The notes beneath the pieces are model-generated. The model made no database searches. It saw only the letters and a program-made list of their open reading frames with translations, and had not been told where the DNA came from. Shown here one piece after another: positions 1 through 13,715 of a stretch of DNA of 64,000 nt. Both the position numbers and the translations under genes were made by a program. This stretch comes from the human T2T-CHM13v2.0 reference genome, Homo sapiens. The DNA lies in the NCBI RefSeq assembly GCF_009914755.1, contig NC_060932.1; one strand, written 5' to 3'. Every line of letters begins with the position of its first letter. Positions within the stretch are counted from its first letter, which is position 1.

Positions 1-332
1 GAGATCACCACAAGACCCCACTTCGCACCCACTAGGATAGCCACATCCAAAAGACATATAACAACAAGTGCTGGCAGTGAGGTGGGGAGACAGGAACCCT
101 CCAACACTGCTGGCGGGGGTGTAAAATGGGGCAGCTGCTTTGGAAAGTCTGGCAGTTCCTCAAAGGATTACACAAAGAGCCACCGTATAACCCAGCAAGT
201 CCAGTCCTGGGGATATATCCAAGACAGGTGAAAATCTACACCCACGCAAACACCTACCGCAAACATTCACCGCAGCTTTATTCATCATGGTCAAAATGAA
301 GTCACCCAAATGCCCACCAGCTGGTGAATGGG
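1..332 (+). mobile_element. Old L1 (L1M-type) ORF2 C-terminus/3' fragment
   Basis: Degenerate L1 motifs: ggaaccctc..cactgctgg..tgtaaaatgg..gctttggaaa..ctggcagttcctcaaa..acccagcaa..cctggggatatatccaa. Confidence 0.8.
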
Positions 333-615
333 TCTGTCCTTACAGTGAGACAGAGGGGTGCAGTTCTGCACAAGCTGGTGAATAGGTCTGTCCTCACAGT
401 GGGACAGAGAGGGGGCGGTTCTATATCAGCTGGCGAATGGGTCCGTCCTTACAGTGGGAGAGGGGCACAGCTCTGTACCAGCCGGCGAATGGGTGTGTCC
501 TCACAGTGGGACTGAGGGGCATGGTTCTGCACAAGCTGGTGAATGGGTCCATCCTTACAGAGGGACAGAGGGGTGCAATTCTGCACCAGCTGGCAAATGG
601 GTCTGTCCCTACATA
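315..615. repeat. Minisatellite, ~54-bp unit, ~5.5 diverged copies
   Basis: caccagctggtgaatgggtctgtccttacagtgagacagaggggtgcagttctg recurs near 315, 369, 424, 476, 530 and 584. Confidence 0.9.
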
Positions 616-1180
616 TGGAGGGTACTGTGAGCCCTCTCTGGCCCCCTCACAGAGCCCTCCATCAGGCACTCCGGGAGGTCAGCTCTTCACACCCTGCTGG
701 CCACCCCTCTGCCACAGGGACTTGCCTTCAATCAAGTGGGATGGGATGAACCGCACACATGGATCATGGTCCTGCCCTGCTTAAGCTCTCACTGCAGGAG
801 GCGGGGCTGTTAGGACTACGCCCATGAAAGAGCTGCCAAGCGAGGGCCCACGGTGCTCAACAATCGTCATCCAAGGCTCCTTGAGCCCTTCTGGTGCTGA
901 TTCTGACACGCAAGTCCCGGGCCAGGAAGGAGAGCACACCTCACGCGGAGCAGCAGCCCAGCTCACCCAGACCCCACTGCCATCGCTGCATGCTGGGCAG
1001 TGGGCCAGCAGCCTCTCAGCAGCCACCTCTAATGCATCCCCACCAGGGCCACCCAACCTACACCCTCACCACACTGGGGAGGTGAGAGGGAGGCATCGCT
1101 GCATGCCCCAGGCAGATCAGAGAACACAGCCCATGGGAACAAGTCCAAAAGCCCCAAGGGGAGCGGGTCCTCTGTGCCAC

Positions 1181-1739
1181 TGTGGAAAGTAAAAAAATGT
1201 CCTCTTCAAAGTTTCCCTTCTTACTAAAGAATATATCATAGGTGTTAGAAATAATAGTTTTTAAAAAAAAAAAACTAACTTCCTTCAAGCCTCCTTGCTT
1301 TTATACTAATAACTCTTTGTTAAGCCCTATCCTATGTAGCTGTTAGATATAAGGGAGTAAGTACATCCTATGTCCTTGTACTTTAATCAAGGTATTTGTT
1401 CTAAACATGCTCAAGCATGTCCCAGCTCACAGCCTACGTGCCCTCCTTATTTGGAAATGTCATTACTTTTCTAAGTTCTTTCGCAAGCAACTTCCTCTTT
1501 TCCTTTTGTTCTCCATTACCTTTACCTGTTCAGGAAAGTTTTAAGTTGTTAGCCAATCAGGTCTAAAGGACCCAATGCGTAAGGGATAAATATTCTTGCC
1601 TTTCTTTGTTCAATTGTGCTCTCGTGGCAGGAGTGCTAACAGGCAGCACCCCTTCTGCAGAAAGTAAAATTGCCTTGCTGAGAAAATTATTTGAGCGCTA
1701 GTTCTTCTTTTCGGCATCAAGGAATGAGCATTTCTGACA
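1181..1739 (+). mobile_element. Solo LTR of the LTR10 (HERV-I, ERV1) family
   Basis: TG...CA termini and a 5-bp TSD gccac (1176-1180 / 1740-1744). The start tgtggaaagtaaaaaa..cctcttcaaagtttcccttctt matches the recalled LTR10 consensus. AGTAAA-type poly(A) signal near 1663. Confidence 0.85.
1403..1422. promoter_or_regulatory. p53 response element, perfect consensus, inside LTR10
   Basis: AAACATGCTC AAGCATGTCC is RRRCWWGYYY twice with zero spacer. Confidence 0.75.
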
Positions 1740-3997
1740 GCCACACACCAGGGGTGCGCCAGCCCACACACCATCTCCAGATCGTGACGGCCCCCAGGGT
1801 GGAAGGGAATAGAGCCCAGACAGAAGTGCGTGAGCTGAGCTGCCACTGAGCCCCGCCCATGGGATCGCAACGTGGCCACTGGACTCCAGCGTGGGGGTCT
1901 GTGACAGGGAGGCCTTTGGGGGGGGGGGGGTTCCGCACACAGGTGACAGAAATGACCTGGCCACACTGGCCTTGCATGGGATCAGAGAAATGGGCCCCAC
2001 CTGGTGAGGTTTTTCTGAAGCTGAATGTATTCGGGTGGAAGGACCACCCTTCCTCCTGAGACTGGGTCCCTCCTACACTGCAGGGCTGGAAAGCCTTTTC
2101 CCTGACGAAATGATGGCGGCCGTGGATGAAGGTATATTCTTTAAATGTCCTTAGTTGGCGACTTCGTCAATGTGGAGGAAATATAGAACTGGCAACCACG
2201 TTGGTCTCAAAAGTTATTTTTAAATGTTAACAGTCCATGATATGGGAGCATCAGAGGGGCCACAGAAGGCTCTAGATAAGCCATGCCAAGCAGGCTAGAC
2301 CCACAGCTGGCCATGCAGGGAGGGTCAGAAAAGCACTAAGGCGAGTTTCCAGACCTAAGAGCTAAGGCCGGCCCAGGGGAGAGCCAAGGTGCCGGGATAC
2401 TCGGTCCTCAGACCAGGACAGTCTCCTACTCCACGCTGGGGTCCCCTCTCCTCTCCGAGGCCCACAGCGGGTGGTGTCGGTCTTCAGCTAACCAGGCCGG
2501 GCGGCCCAGGATGCGCACATGAGGGCCAGGGTCCGGACGTGCCCATCCCACCTGGCCCTCGTGACCTAACCCAGGAGTGGGCCAGTGGCACTAAGATCTA
2601 AGCACAGCAGCTTCACTGGGAACCTGCCCACCACACTGAAGAGACGGGAGAGCCACAGACCCGGCCCAGAGTTACACAAGTTATCTGCATCAACAGGGCC
2701 CTCTGAGAGGCCACACGTTTCCTGAGCCCGAGCACCCCAGAGCCCAGGTGTGACCAGCAGGTCCACAGTCCCTCACTGAGGTCTGACCGTGCAAATACGC
2801 GTGGGTGTGAGGAAGGCTGGAGGGAACACCGACATGCTAACAGCAGCTCCCAGGCATCCTGCGTCCAAATTCCCTATCATGAGCCTACGTCACTGTCACA
2901 TCAGAAAACACTTAAGTTTCAGTTTTATAAAAGAGCTTAAAAAAAAAGGCTAAGAATAGAACTGCCCTGAACATCTGCAAAGGGTGCTCCGCAGCTGGTG
3001 CGTGAGGCTGTGTGGCAGGCGCCTGCGGATTTTGAACGGAGCCGCCGTGAGGAGGAGCAGAGACTCCAGCACCCTCCACCCTTGTGGGAGCCGTGGCCCT
3101 CCCGGCCTCCTCAGTTCTGGCCCTTTCAGGGTGCAAGGCTGGTGTGGCCACCAGTTCTGCACAGGGGAGTGCGAGGACAACGTCCCAGTGCAGTGGCCTG
3201 GGGCTGGCTGGGGTCCTTGGAGGTGCGGGCATCCCGCTCACTGCAGGGCGGGACACAGGCCAGCACAGGAGGTCACAGCAGCAAGTGCAGTGGGGGCCAG
3301 CTGGAGGGGAAAAGTATAGACTGCTAGCGTCCCCTCAGACCCCAGAGTGCCACTCTAACCACACCCAGGGCAGGTGCTCCCTTCCCCCCGCTCCCCAGCC
3401 CAGCCAGGGCTCAGACTTAGCAGACAGCACCCGAGGCACCTCTCCCCATCCCAGACCAGCCCAACCCAGGGCAGGCCACTGGGCACCCCTCAAGGAAAGT
3501 CCAGTGGGAGCCCGCCAAGGCTCAACTCCCCGAAAGGGCAGAAGCAAGATCGGACGCCCCACTCCAACCTAGCCCATGGCTGTGCAAATGGTACATCTGT
3601 GTCACCTCCTGTGTCCATAGCTGAGCAGGCCCCAACAGGGAGCCTTCAGACATGACAAAGACACATTTGGAGCATGTTGGCAGGGAAAAGCGTGTGCCAG
3701 CAGGCATGCACCCCCTGACCTTAGCACACAGGTGCACCTGGGCTTCTACGTCGGGGCGGGGTGCACCTGTGTGCCCTGTGGAGGGCACCTGCAGGCTGAG
3801 GGCCCAGTCTCAGGTTCACAGCACTGACTAGGCTTATCCGCAGGCGTGTGTGCATATGTGCGCACATGTGTGTCCAGGCAGCTGTGCGCAAGCAGCTGTG
3901 TGGACAAAGCCCGTGTGCACAGGAGGACCACACTCCCGCCCCTGCCCCCCAATGTGCACCACGCCCAGGCAAAGAGATACCATGGCCCACACACTCA

Positions 3998-4204
<207 letters not shown>

Positions 4205-4635
4205 CTAAGTGGCCTGGAGGCCAGGGTCCACACTGCCTCAGCATAAGGTCACGCCCGCCAGAACCCCTCCCCAGCTGGCCTGCAACAGGTGCTCAGGCCC
4301 ACATGCAGCTCAGGGGCTCTGAGGAGCTGCCTCCAGCAGTCTTGCCCTGGCTCTGGGGACAGCTTCTCTCCACCCTGCTCCCCTCACCCCATCCGTTGCC
4401 CCTACCCTGGCCGTGGCTCTCATCCCTGCTCTCAGTCTCAGTGACCTCTGGTCTGCACGTCTGAGAGGCCCTGGGATGCTCCTTCCTCCACTGGGCTCCA
4501 TCCAGATCACACAAAAGGTGTCAAGAAGGAGCAGCATGGGGTCAGGGAGAGGAGCCAGCAGCGGGCAGGGGGCAGCAGGCAGGAGCAGCCAGCGGGAGCG
4601 GTACCCGGCCCTGACCCAGCCCTTGCTCCTTCCCA

Positions 4636-4963
<328 letters not shown>

Positions 4964-5299
4964 CTAAGGGTGAAGCCTGCAGGCCCAGCTCTGCTAACCG
5001 CTCTGGGCAGCCCCCAGGGGCAGGGACCCGACAGGCAGCAGAGTGGCCCTGAACCCCCTCACTGCCTTTGCGGCTTGGCCACCCTGGAGTCAGTGCTGGA
5101 CACCCGCACCTGCCTTCACAGTACCTTCAAGCTGGAAGGAAGGAGAGACGAAGGCAGGGGGTGGTCCCTCAGAAAGGCAGCACCCTGAGTTTCCATACAC
5201 CGCAGCAGCTGGCGTGTGTGCCCGGAAGCTACGAGCACCTGCACGTGGAGGCTCAGAGCAGCATCACTAAGAGTCAAAGCACAGCCCCGCTGATGAAGC

Positions 5300-5680
5300 A
5301 ACAGAAACAAGGTCCAGCTCTGCACCGGCAGCTCAGCATTGGAAACAGAAACACTGGTTTCCGCACAATGCAGGTGAGCCCTGAGCACAGCACGCACAGA
5401 GATGAAAGCCAGCAGGAAAAGGCCACACGCCGCACGGTTCCACACATCTACCATGTCAGAACAGACCAATCCTAGGACAGAGCCAGGGCAGGGGCAGTGA
5501 GAGGGAGGAATGGGCATGACTGCTGATGGGTACGGGGGTGCTTTTGGGGGTGATGGAAACATTTTAGAATTAGTGGTGATTATAGAATGCTGACTATTCT
5601 AACAGACACTGAGCTATATGCTTTAATATGGATAAGATGGTGAATTCTGAGTGACTAAGTTTTATCTCAATTTTTAAAAA
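5300..5680 (+). mobile_element. L1M(B/E) 3' end fragment
   Basis: gactgctgatgggtacggggg..ttttgggggtgatggaaacattttagaattag..ttatctcaattttt-A tail. Confidence 0.7.
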
Positions 5681-7077
5681 TCTACAGAACATTATGAGGA
5701 CAGCAAGTCCTCATGAGGACATGGTGGATGGAACGCTCGCCCGCTGCATGGTGAGGATAAACGGCACGGCCACCATGGGAAGGGTCTGCAGGCTGCACAC
5801 ACTCGCCCTCTGTCCACCCCTCAGTCAGCATCTTGGGCATTTACACAGAGGAGCAGAGCACACATCAAAGCACATGGAAACACTCGCTGCCTGCCCGCCC
5901 TCCAGCCAGCAGTCCCAGGGTTTACACAGAGGAGCAGAGCGCACATCCAGAGAAGCTCCTGAAGAGCACTCCCAGCTCCCAGCAGCTTGATTGCTACCAG
6001 CCCACACCCGGAGAGAGGGCTGGTGTCCAAGAGATACCGGGGAAGGGACAGCCACACGGGGCCTGTGTGCAAGGAAACTCCAGGCACGCAACACAGTGAA
6101 TCTCAGAAACACTGTTCAGAAACCAGAGCGAACGGGGCGAAGGTCGAGAACGACCAAGGCAATCCCCGGGGCCTCTGGGCCAGGCTGGGGAACTGGGGCA
6201 GGGCCGGAGGGACCCTCCTGGGTGAGGGCCTGCCCTGTGCCTGGACAGAGCTGTGGGTTACACATCTGTCACAACGCCCAGGATGGCACACTTAGGAGCT
6301 GTGCAGTTCACTGTACATAAATGAAAGAAAAGTGAACGGCAAGTAAAGCAGCGTTCAGAAGGAAGCACGGAGGGCCGAGCTCGCTCCGAAACGCATGCAG
6401 GTGGAGGCACTAAAGGTCGATTAAACCAGGTAGAGACTCCAGGCTCGCATTCAGGTGGCAGCTACGTGGGTGTCTGTGCAGTTCTTTCAACTTTCTCTGC
6501 AAGTTTACAATTTTCCATATTAAAATTTTTAAATAAAAGAACGTGGTTTGAGGTCTACAAACAGGTGTGAGGGCTAGAAGATGCTAGGGGTGCCGAGGGG
6601 ACCCTCCCAACACCAATCCTGTCTGGGCTGCCCTGAGGTGGCCCGGCATGAAGGGACACAGCACCCCTGGCTGGATATCTGGGTTTCCACCAGGACAAGG
6701 CCCAAGCCCAGCTCTGCTTGGGGTTTCTGAGCTGCCTGGCCAGGGCAGAGCTGACCCTGGCACTCCATCTGGGTGCACACAGGCCTGTCCACGTATGCTC
6801 TGTGCACCCCTGGCTCCCCAGCAAGTCCTGGCCCCCTGCACACTTTCCGTCCAGCTACCTCCACCTTGCCCCAGTCCCAGGCCTCCCGGTCCAGCAGCCG
6901 CACTCATGGCAAGGCCTGGAGAAAGGAGGAACTGCCAGGCGGCCTCCAGGAAGGCAAGGCCTGAGGGACGGCCCCCCATCACCCAGCACCCACCACCCCT
7001 CGATGTCACCATGGCCCAGCCTAGCAAGGTCAAGCCAGGGCCTCAGTTGCATTAGTAGAACAACAAGAATGAGGATG

Positions 7078-7464
7078 AGTTAAATCAAGTTTAGCCTAAA
7101 GGCGCCTCCTTACATATTTTCAGTTCAGCCTAAAGGTTTATCTGTACATCTTGAGCTATGACAACAGGGAGTGTAAATGGACCATGGTCTATACTTGTGC
7201 CAATCACTGAATTTTGGCCAAACAAAGCCAACTGCTGGAACTGTGTTCAAATAAGGCAAATGCCAAGCTGTAACTGATCTGTTTCCATGCCTCACTACCA
7301 TTTTCTGTATGTCACTTTCCTTTTGCTGTCCAAAATCTTCTACCCCATGGCTGTGCTGGAGTCTCTGAGCCTACTCTGGTTCGGGAGGCTGCCCAATTCA
7401 TGAATTGTTCACTGCTTAACTAAACTCCTTTAAATTTATTTCAGCTCAAGTTTTTCTTTTATCA
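7078..7464 (+). mobile_element. MER57A-like solo LTR (ERV1)
   Basis: gttaaatcaagtttagcctaaag..cctccttacatatttt..gttcaaataaggcaaatgccaagctgtaac..aagtttttcttttatca matches the recalled MER57A consensus. Confidence 0.8.
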
Positions 7465-8177
7465 TGGAACAAGCTCTGACAGGAGCACAAGAACCTATCC
7501 CAGGGCCCAGGATCACTCTCCCCATTCACAGGTGGGCAGGTGACCTGCTCAAGGTCACAGGCCAGTAAGTGGCACACACAGGGTGGGGGGGCAGCAGGGG
7601 GGACGGGACACAAAACAAACAAAAAGAATTGCCAGAAATAATGACCAAAAGTACCCAAATTTTATGAAACTATAAACTCGGAGATTCAAAAATTTCACCA
7701 ATCCACAAGCAGAATAAATACATATTTTTTAAATCCAAGGTACATTATAGGCAAACTGCAGAAAAACAGTGATAAAGAAACCTGAAAAGTGGCCCGGAGA
7801 AAAAACTGCACATTTCATGAGGAAGAAAAAACATAAGAAGGACTTGATCCTTTCGTCAGAAACTGTGGAAGCTGAAAGACAATGGAAGGATGTCTTTAAA
7901 GTGCTGGACGGAAAAACCTGCAACTAGAATTCTACACCCACTGGAAACAGATTTCAAACACAGGGGCAGATTTTGACAAGCAAAAGTGAAAAGGATCGGT
8001 TCCAACCAGATGTGAAGTACAGGAAATGTTAGAAGCAGCTAGTTAGGGTGAAAGTAACAGCAAGAAACCTGGATCTCCCTGAAGAATTAAAGAACGCCAG
8101 AATGGTAAATAGAAAAAAGATACGTTCATTTATTTAAAACACTATCGATTGTAAAAGCAAAATCCGTAACTATGTGC

Positions 8178-8493
8178 CGGGGTCATCATGTGTTATAAAT
8201 GACGTGTGGTCCTGAATGTACTGAAACCACATCAACGAGGCAGGGTTATCATGTGTTATAAATGACATGTGATCTTCAATGTACTGAAACCACCTCAACG
8301 AGGCGGGGTCATCAGATGTTATAAATGACATGTGATCCTGAATGTACTGAAACCATGTCAACGAGGCAGGGTCATCATGTTATAAATGACCCGTGGTCCT
8401 GAATGTATTGAAACCACGTCAACAAGGTGGGGTCACCATGTGTTATAAATGACGTGTGGTCCTGAATGTACTGAAACCACATCAATGAGGCGG
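8178..8493. repeat. Minisatellite, 63-bp unit, ~5 copies
   Basis: ggggtcatcatgtgttataaatgacgtgtggtcctgaatgtactgaaaccacatcaacgaggc repeated. Confidence 0.92.
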
Positions 8494-8825
8494 GCGTGGG
8501 ACACAGAAGTGCATTCCTGTGTGGCCGATCCACCACACAGGACATGATACGGTGCTACTTGAAGGCGGGCTGCGGAAAGTTAAAGATCTATGCTGTAAAC
8601 TCTAAAGCAACCACTAAAAAAAGAAACAAACAGGAATCTCTCATAAGCCCTTAGTGGAGATAAAATGGAATGCTAAATAGCACTCAATTCTACTCCAAAA
8701 AAAAAGGAAGGAAGAGAAAGAAAATAAAAAGGGGGAAAAAAAGGAAATATAGAAAGCAAACATCAAGACAGTAGAGTTAAAGCCAACATGAAGGCCTTAC
8801 ACTTAATGATGCATGAGCCGAAGAC

Positions 8826-9033
8826 GGCTCGTCCACTCCAGTAGCCATCAACCCCTTGCGGCAATTTAAATGTAGATTTTAATTAATTAAAATTAAATAA
8901 AATGGTAAACTCGGTTGCTTCCTGCACTAGCCACATTTCAAGTGCCCAGGAGCCCCATGTGGCAAATGGCTGTCACAATGAAGAATGCAGATGACAGGGC
9001 CTTTCATCATTACCAAAAATCCTACTGGACAGA
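8826..9033 (-). mobile_element. MER3 (hAT-Charlie MITE)
   Basis: ttaattaaaattaaataaaa..cactagccacatttcaagtgc..catgtggc..ttcatcatt..tactggacag. Confidence 0.75.
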
Positions 9034-9046
9034 GGCACTGCTTTCA

Positions 9047-9403
<357 letters not shown>

Positions 9404-11572
9404 AGGCAAGATCTTGCTCTACAGTATATACAAGAAGCCCACTTCATATATAAAATCAGATGAAATTATAAGTAAAAATTAGAAAAATATATCATGTAAA
9501 CAGTAATCATAAGAAAGCTGGAATGGCTACACTAATATCAGAGTAGAATTCAGAACCACAAATATAATAGAAATAAAAGAAGGACACTTTCAAAACAGAT
9601 GGTCAACTGACTAAGATAAAACAATTCTAAGTATGTATGCACCTAATGTCACAGCTTGAAAATACGTGAAGCAAAAACTGATAGAACTGGAAAGAAACAC
9701 ACAAATCCACAGTTACAGGCAGCGCGGTCAGCAGAGCAAGCAGACACAAGAGCATAGAGGCCACAGAAACTCCAACACCATCAACCAGCCTAACCCACGC
9801 AACAGGAGAATACACATTCCTGCCAAACGCACGTGGAACATTCACTAAGACAGACTCTATTTTAGGCCATAAAGCAAGTCTTGACATAGTTATAATCGCT
9901 GAAATCATACAAAATACATTCTCTGAAAAGAGAACTAGAAATCAGTAACAGAAAGTTATCTGTGAATGACATAATCATCTGAAATTACACAACACACTTC
10001 TAAATAATCATGTGTAACAGAAGAAATCAAAGAGAAATTAGGAAATAACTGAATGAAATAAAAACACAAGATATTAAAATGTGTATCAGTAAAGCAATGC
10101 ATAGAGGGAAGTGTATAGCAATAAATACTTAGAAAAAAAAAGATCTCAAGTCAATAATCTGACAAAAGCATTAACCCAAAGTAAGCAGGAGAAAGAAATA
10201 ATAAAGGTGAGCAGAAACCAATTAAATCAACATCAAATCAATAGAGAAAACTAATGATATCAACATCTGGACCTTTCAAATGATTAATAAAATCAATCGA
10301 TTTACATGGGAATAATACTGAGATGATAAAATTATTCAGATCAAGATTAATTGATCTTGATCTTAATTAATTGGGCATATCTTTAAAAGTCACACCAACC
10401 CTACGGCCAGCAATTCAACTTGCAGGTAATAATCCCCCCACAACAAAATGCAAACATTTGTCCGTACAAAGATCCTACAGAAATGCTCACAGCCTCTTTC
10501 CGCCTAACAGCCAAAAGCTGGAGAACGCGAAAGCATCCATCGATAAGTGGAAACGCAGGCTGTGCTATGTCCAAAGACATGCCTGCCGCCCAGCAATAAA
10601 GCCAGGACTCGGCGCAACCGTGCTTTCTAGAAACGGCTGTTGAGTCACAGCATAACCTCAAGACTGAGGGAGCCGCGGGGAGTGCCGTCCTGTCACCAGG
10701 CAGGCTGTGGGGCCTCCTCCAAGCACTGCCTCTGCTACTGCTGGGGGTCCACGGTTACGAGGCAGGGGCTGCCTCATCCCACACCACCACGGCACTCCTG
10801 CGACACCGCAGCCCCACCAACCACAGCACAGGCCTCCTGCCGCTTCCAGCCCCGACTGGGCCAACTCATCACTACATGCAGGACGCCACATCCTGGTCTC
10901 AGGAAGCGCCCATTCCCACATATCCCACGGCTGCCGCTGGAGCACAGGTTTGTTGGGTCCGGGAACCCTCAGAGGGACGGCCACCCAGCTGAAGACCCTG
11001 GCTTCACAGGCCGTTAGCAACAATCCCATGACTCTGGCCGGGGACCTAAGGGAGGTCCAGAGAGGGCCCCCCTCATTCCCAGTCCTGTCCCCAACACCCA
11101 TTCCCAGGAGAAGGAAGAAAAATTCATTTCCCAGATTCCATCTTCACACCATCTGAGCAACTTCACTAACACTCCATAAAACAAAACGAAACGTCAGCAG
11201 CGCTTATCAGGACTTCTCTCTGCCGTCCCCATCCCCACCCTCCAGTTCTGCTGTGAACAGGGATAACGGGACACCCTAAAACGCCAAAAGGTGGCAGGCA
11301 CGCTCCCCACCAGTGCTGCGTCCCCCCACGTCTCACTGCAGGCCCCACTTACCTGCCCGCTGCAGATGAAGGCCTCTGATGAACACTCGGCCGTGTGTGG
11401 GATTACAAGGGTCTGGGTCCCCACCTGCTCTTCACTGAACCAGGTCTCAAGGCAATGCAGCCCCAGCACGAGGGGGTCCCCAGGGCAGGAGCTTGAGGAG
11501 GGCACCCACACAGCCACTCCACAGTGAGCACCGAGCCCCCCTGGACACCCAACACCCACCACAAGCCTGCCT

Positions 11573-11724
11573 GGCTGCCTGGACCACTGGGCAAGCTGAC
11601 AGGCTGCCTCGACCACTGGGCAAGCTGACAGGCTGCCTGGACCACTGGGCAAGCTGACAGGCTGCCTCGACCACTGGGCAAGCTGACAGGCTGCCTGGAC
11701 CACTGGGCAAGCTGACAGGCTGCC
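11573..11724. repeat. Minisatellite, 29-bp unit, ~5 copies
   Basis: ggctgcct(g/c)gaccactgggcaagctgaca repeated, with the g/c variant alternating. Confidence 0.93.
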
Positions 11725-13439
11725 AGGCTCTGCTGCCACCAGGCATGACACTGGCCAGGCAGTTCCCCAGTTGCCGGAGGGGATGAGCTGAAGGATGTGG
11801 CCCCGGCTCAGGTTCAGGCAGGAAAAAGCCCAGTCAAGACAGTGTGCAGCCTGACTTGGCTTGAGCTAGCGCTGGGTGCCTCACATGCAATGCTAACCCC
11901 GTCCCACGGCTGCAGACAGGGCATGGTGTGTGCCCGAGTCCATATGCAGTGGCCCCAGGGAAGGGAAGAATAGCCCAGGGCCGGCCCTCCCTCTGCCATC
12001 TGGGAGCCACCATACACTGGCCCTGCGGTGAGATGCCTTGGCCCTGCTACCCTGCACGTGAGCTGCTGCCAGATTCTGCTACCGTGACCTGGGCAGGGCA
12101 CAAGTGGCCAGCCCACCTCCCACCCTGGGAGGACCCTTCTTGCCCACTCATCTGGTGATGGACAGACGTGAGGAAAGAGGTAGTAGGGACAGAGGTCTGA
12201 AGCCCCACTCTGGGCCTCTGCACATCCATGATGGTGCTTCAAAATCCACAGAGCACCACTAGGGGTCCTCAAGGAGAAACGGAGTACCCCAAAACCTTAG
12301 TGTGTGACTGACAAGGCTGATGATCACTTCCCCAGCTGGCCCTGGGCCAGCCCATGCCGAAGGAGCGAAGAATCGGATGCGGCTCAAAGCGAAGTTGACG
12401 TTGACTAAGCTGGGCAGCTACGTGATGTGTGACGGCTCTTGTTACACTGGCCCAGGCGACCACAGAGATGGGTCTCTGCAGGCCAGGGAGAATCACAGGC
12501 CCGTGGACCTATACCGTGGATGAGGCAGGGGAAGCCAGGGCGGGCAGGCAGGGGGTGTGGGCCAGGGCACCATGGCCAGGAGGGGCAGCTCAGAGTGGAT
12601 AGAGCAAATGCTGTTTGGCTCCCACAGGGCGCTAAGAAACCAGACTCAAGCACTGGCAAGGTTCACCCCAGGGAGACAGGGTCACCTCTGAGGGCCTCAT
12701 GGAGAGGACGTGACTAAACCCCAAGCTGCCATGCCAGCAAAGCTGAGAGCTAGGCTTTGTGCCAGCAGCCATGAGGCAGTCGGGGAAGCATAGGGCAGCT
12801 CCTGCCCACCTGGACAACCACTCCCGAGGGAGGTCTGCGGGAAAGGCAGGTGGCAGATGGACACATCAAAGACAAGGCTCGCTCCCCACACCTGCTGAGT
12901 CTGGGCCCTCGCCAGCGGAGAGCAGCGGCCCTGCCGTACAGCGCCCTCCTCCTCTGCAACCAGCCCTCCTCTGGACAGCTGCGCCGGGGGTGTCTCCAAC
13001 ACACATGGCAACAGTCCTGCAGCATGCAGGCAACTCCGCAGAGGACTGAGAGGGCTAGAGGCACTTCCCAACAGGGGCTGATGATGCAGCCGGAGAGCTG
13101 GGGAGGGAACCAGCTCATTCTGGGGCAGGGTCGGGGCCAGACTGGCCAGCACAGGGCTGGGTTTGTGGCCAGGGTCGGGGCCTCATGCTCCAGGAAGGCG
13201 GACGGCATCAGGAAGGAGGCGTCCATGAAGGCTGGGGCGCAGGGGTGGTGCTCAGGCCTTGGAAGATGGAGACAGGCGAGCACCAGTCCAAAAAGAACAC
13301 GGGGCCACATAAGAGAAGTGAGGCTTGCCGGGGCCTCCTGTGCACCAGCCCTGGCCGAGGCATGTCCCGTGTTTCCTCGTGATGGCAGGAACCCTACTTT
13401 ATAGAGGAGGAAGCGGAGGCTCCAAGGATCACAGAGCAG

Positions 13440-13715
13440 ACAGAGGCACATGGGGCATGGCTCCACTCACAGGAAACGTCCAGAACAGGGAAAGCCGCAG
13501 GCAGACCGCAGACTAGAGCTGCCAGGGCTGGGGGAGCTGAGGGTGGGGTGACTGCCTAGGGCCAGGGCTCCCTTTTGGGAGGTGGAAACGCTCTGGAATT
13601 GAGACAGTGGCGGTGGCTGCACAGCACTGGGAATGAACTAGCATCACCAGGTTGAAGACTTTAAAAGGGTGAAACGACAAACTTTGATGTGTGACTATTA
13701 TGTCAATAAAGAAAG
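13440..13715 (+). mobile_element. L1MB-type 3' end fragment
   Basis: gaaacgtccagaacagg..tgccagggctggggg..gtgactgc..ggaaacgctctggaatt..actttaaaagggtgaa..tcaataaa. Confidence 0.75.

Noticed and set aside
3845-3875. Alternating purine-pyrimidine palindrome (atgtgcgcacat)
   Set aside because: Short low-complexity (TG/CA)n-derived sequence, expected by chance.
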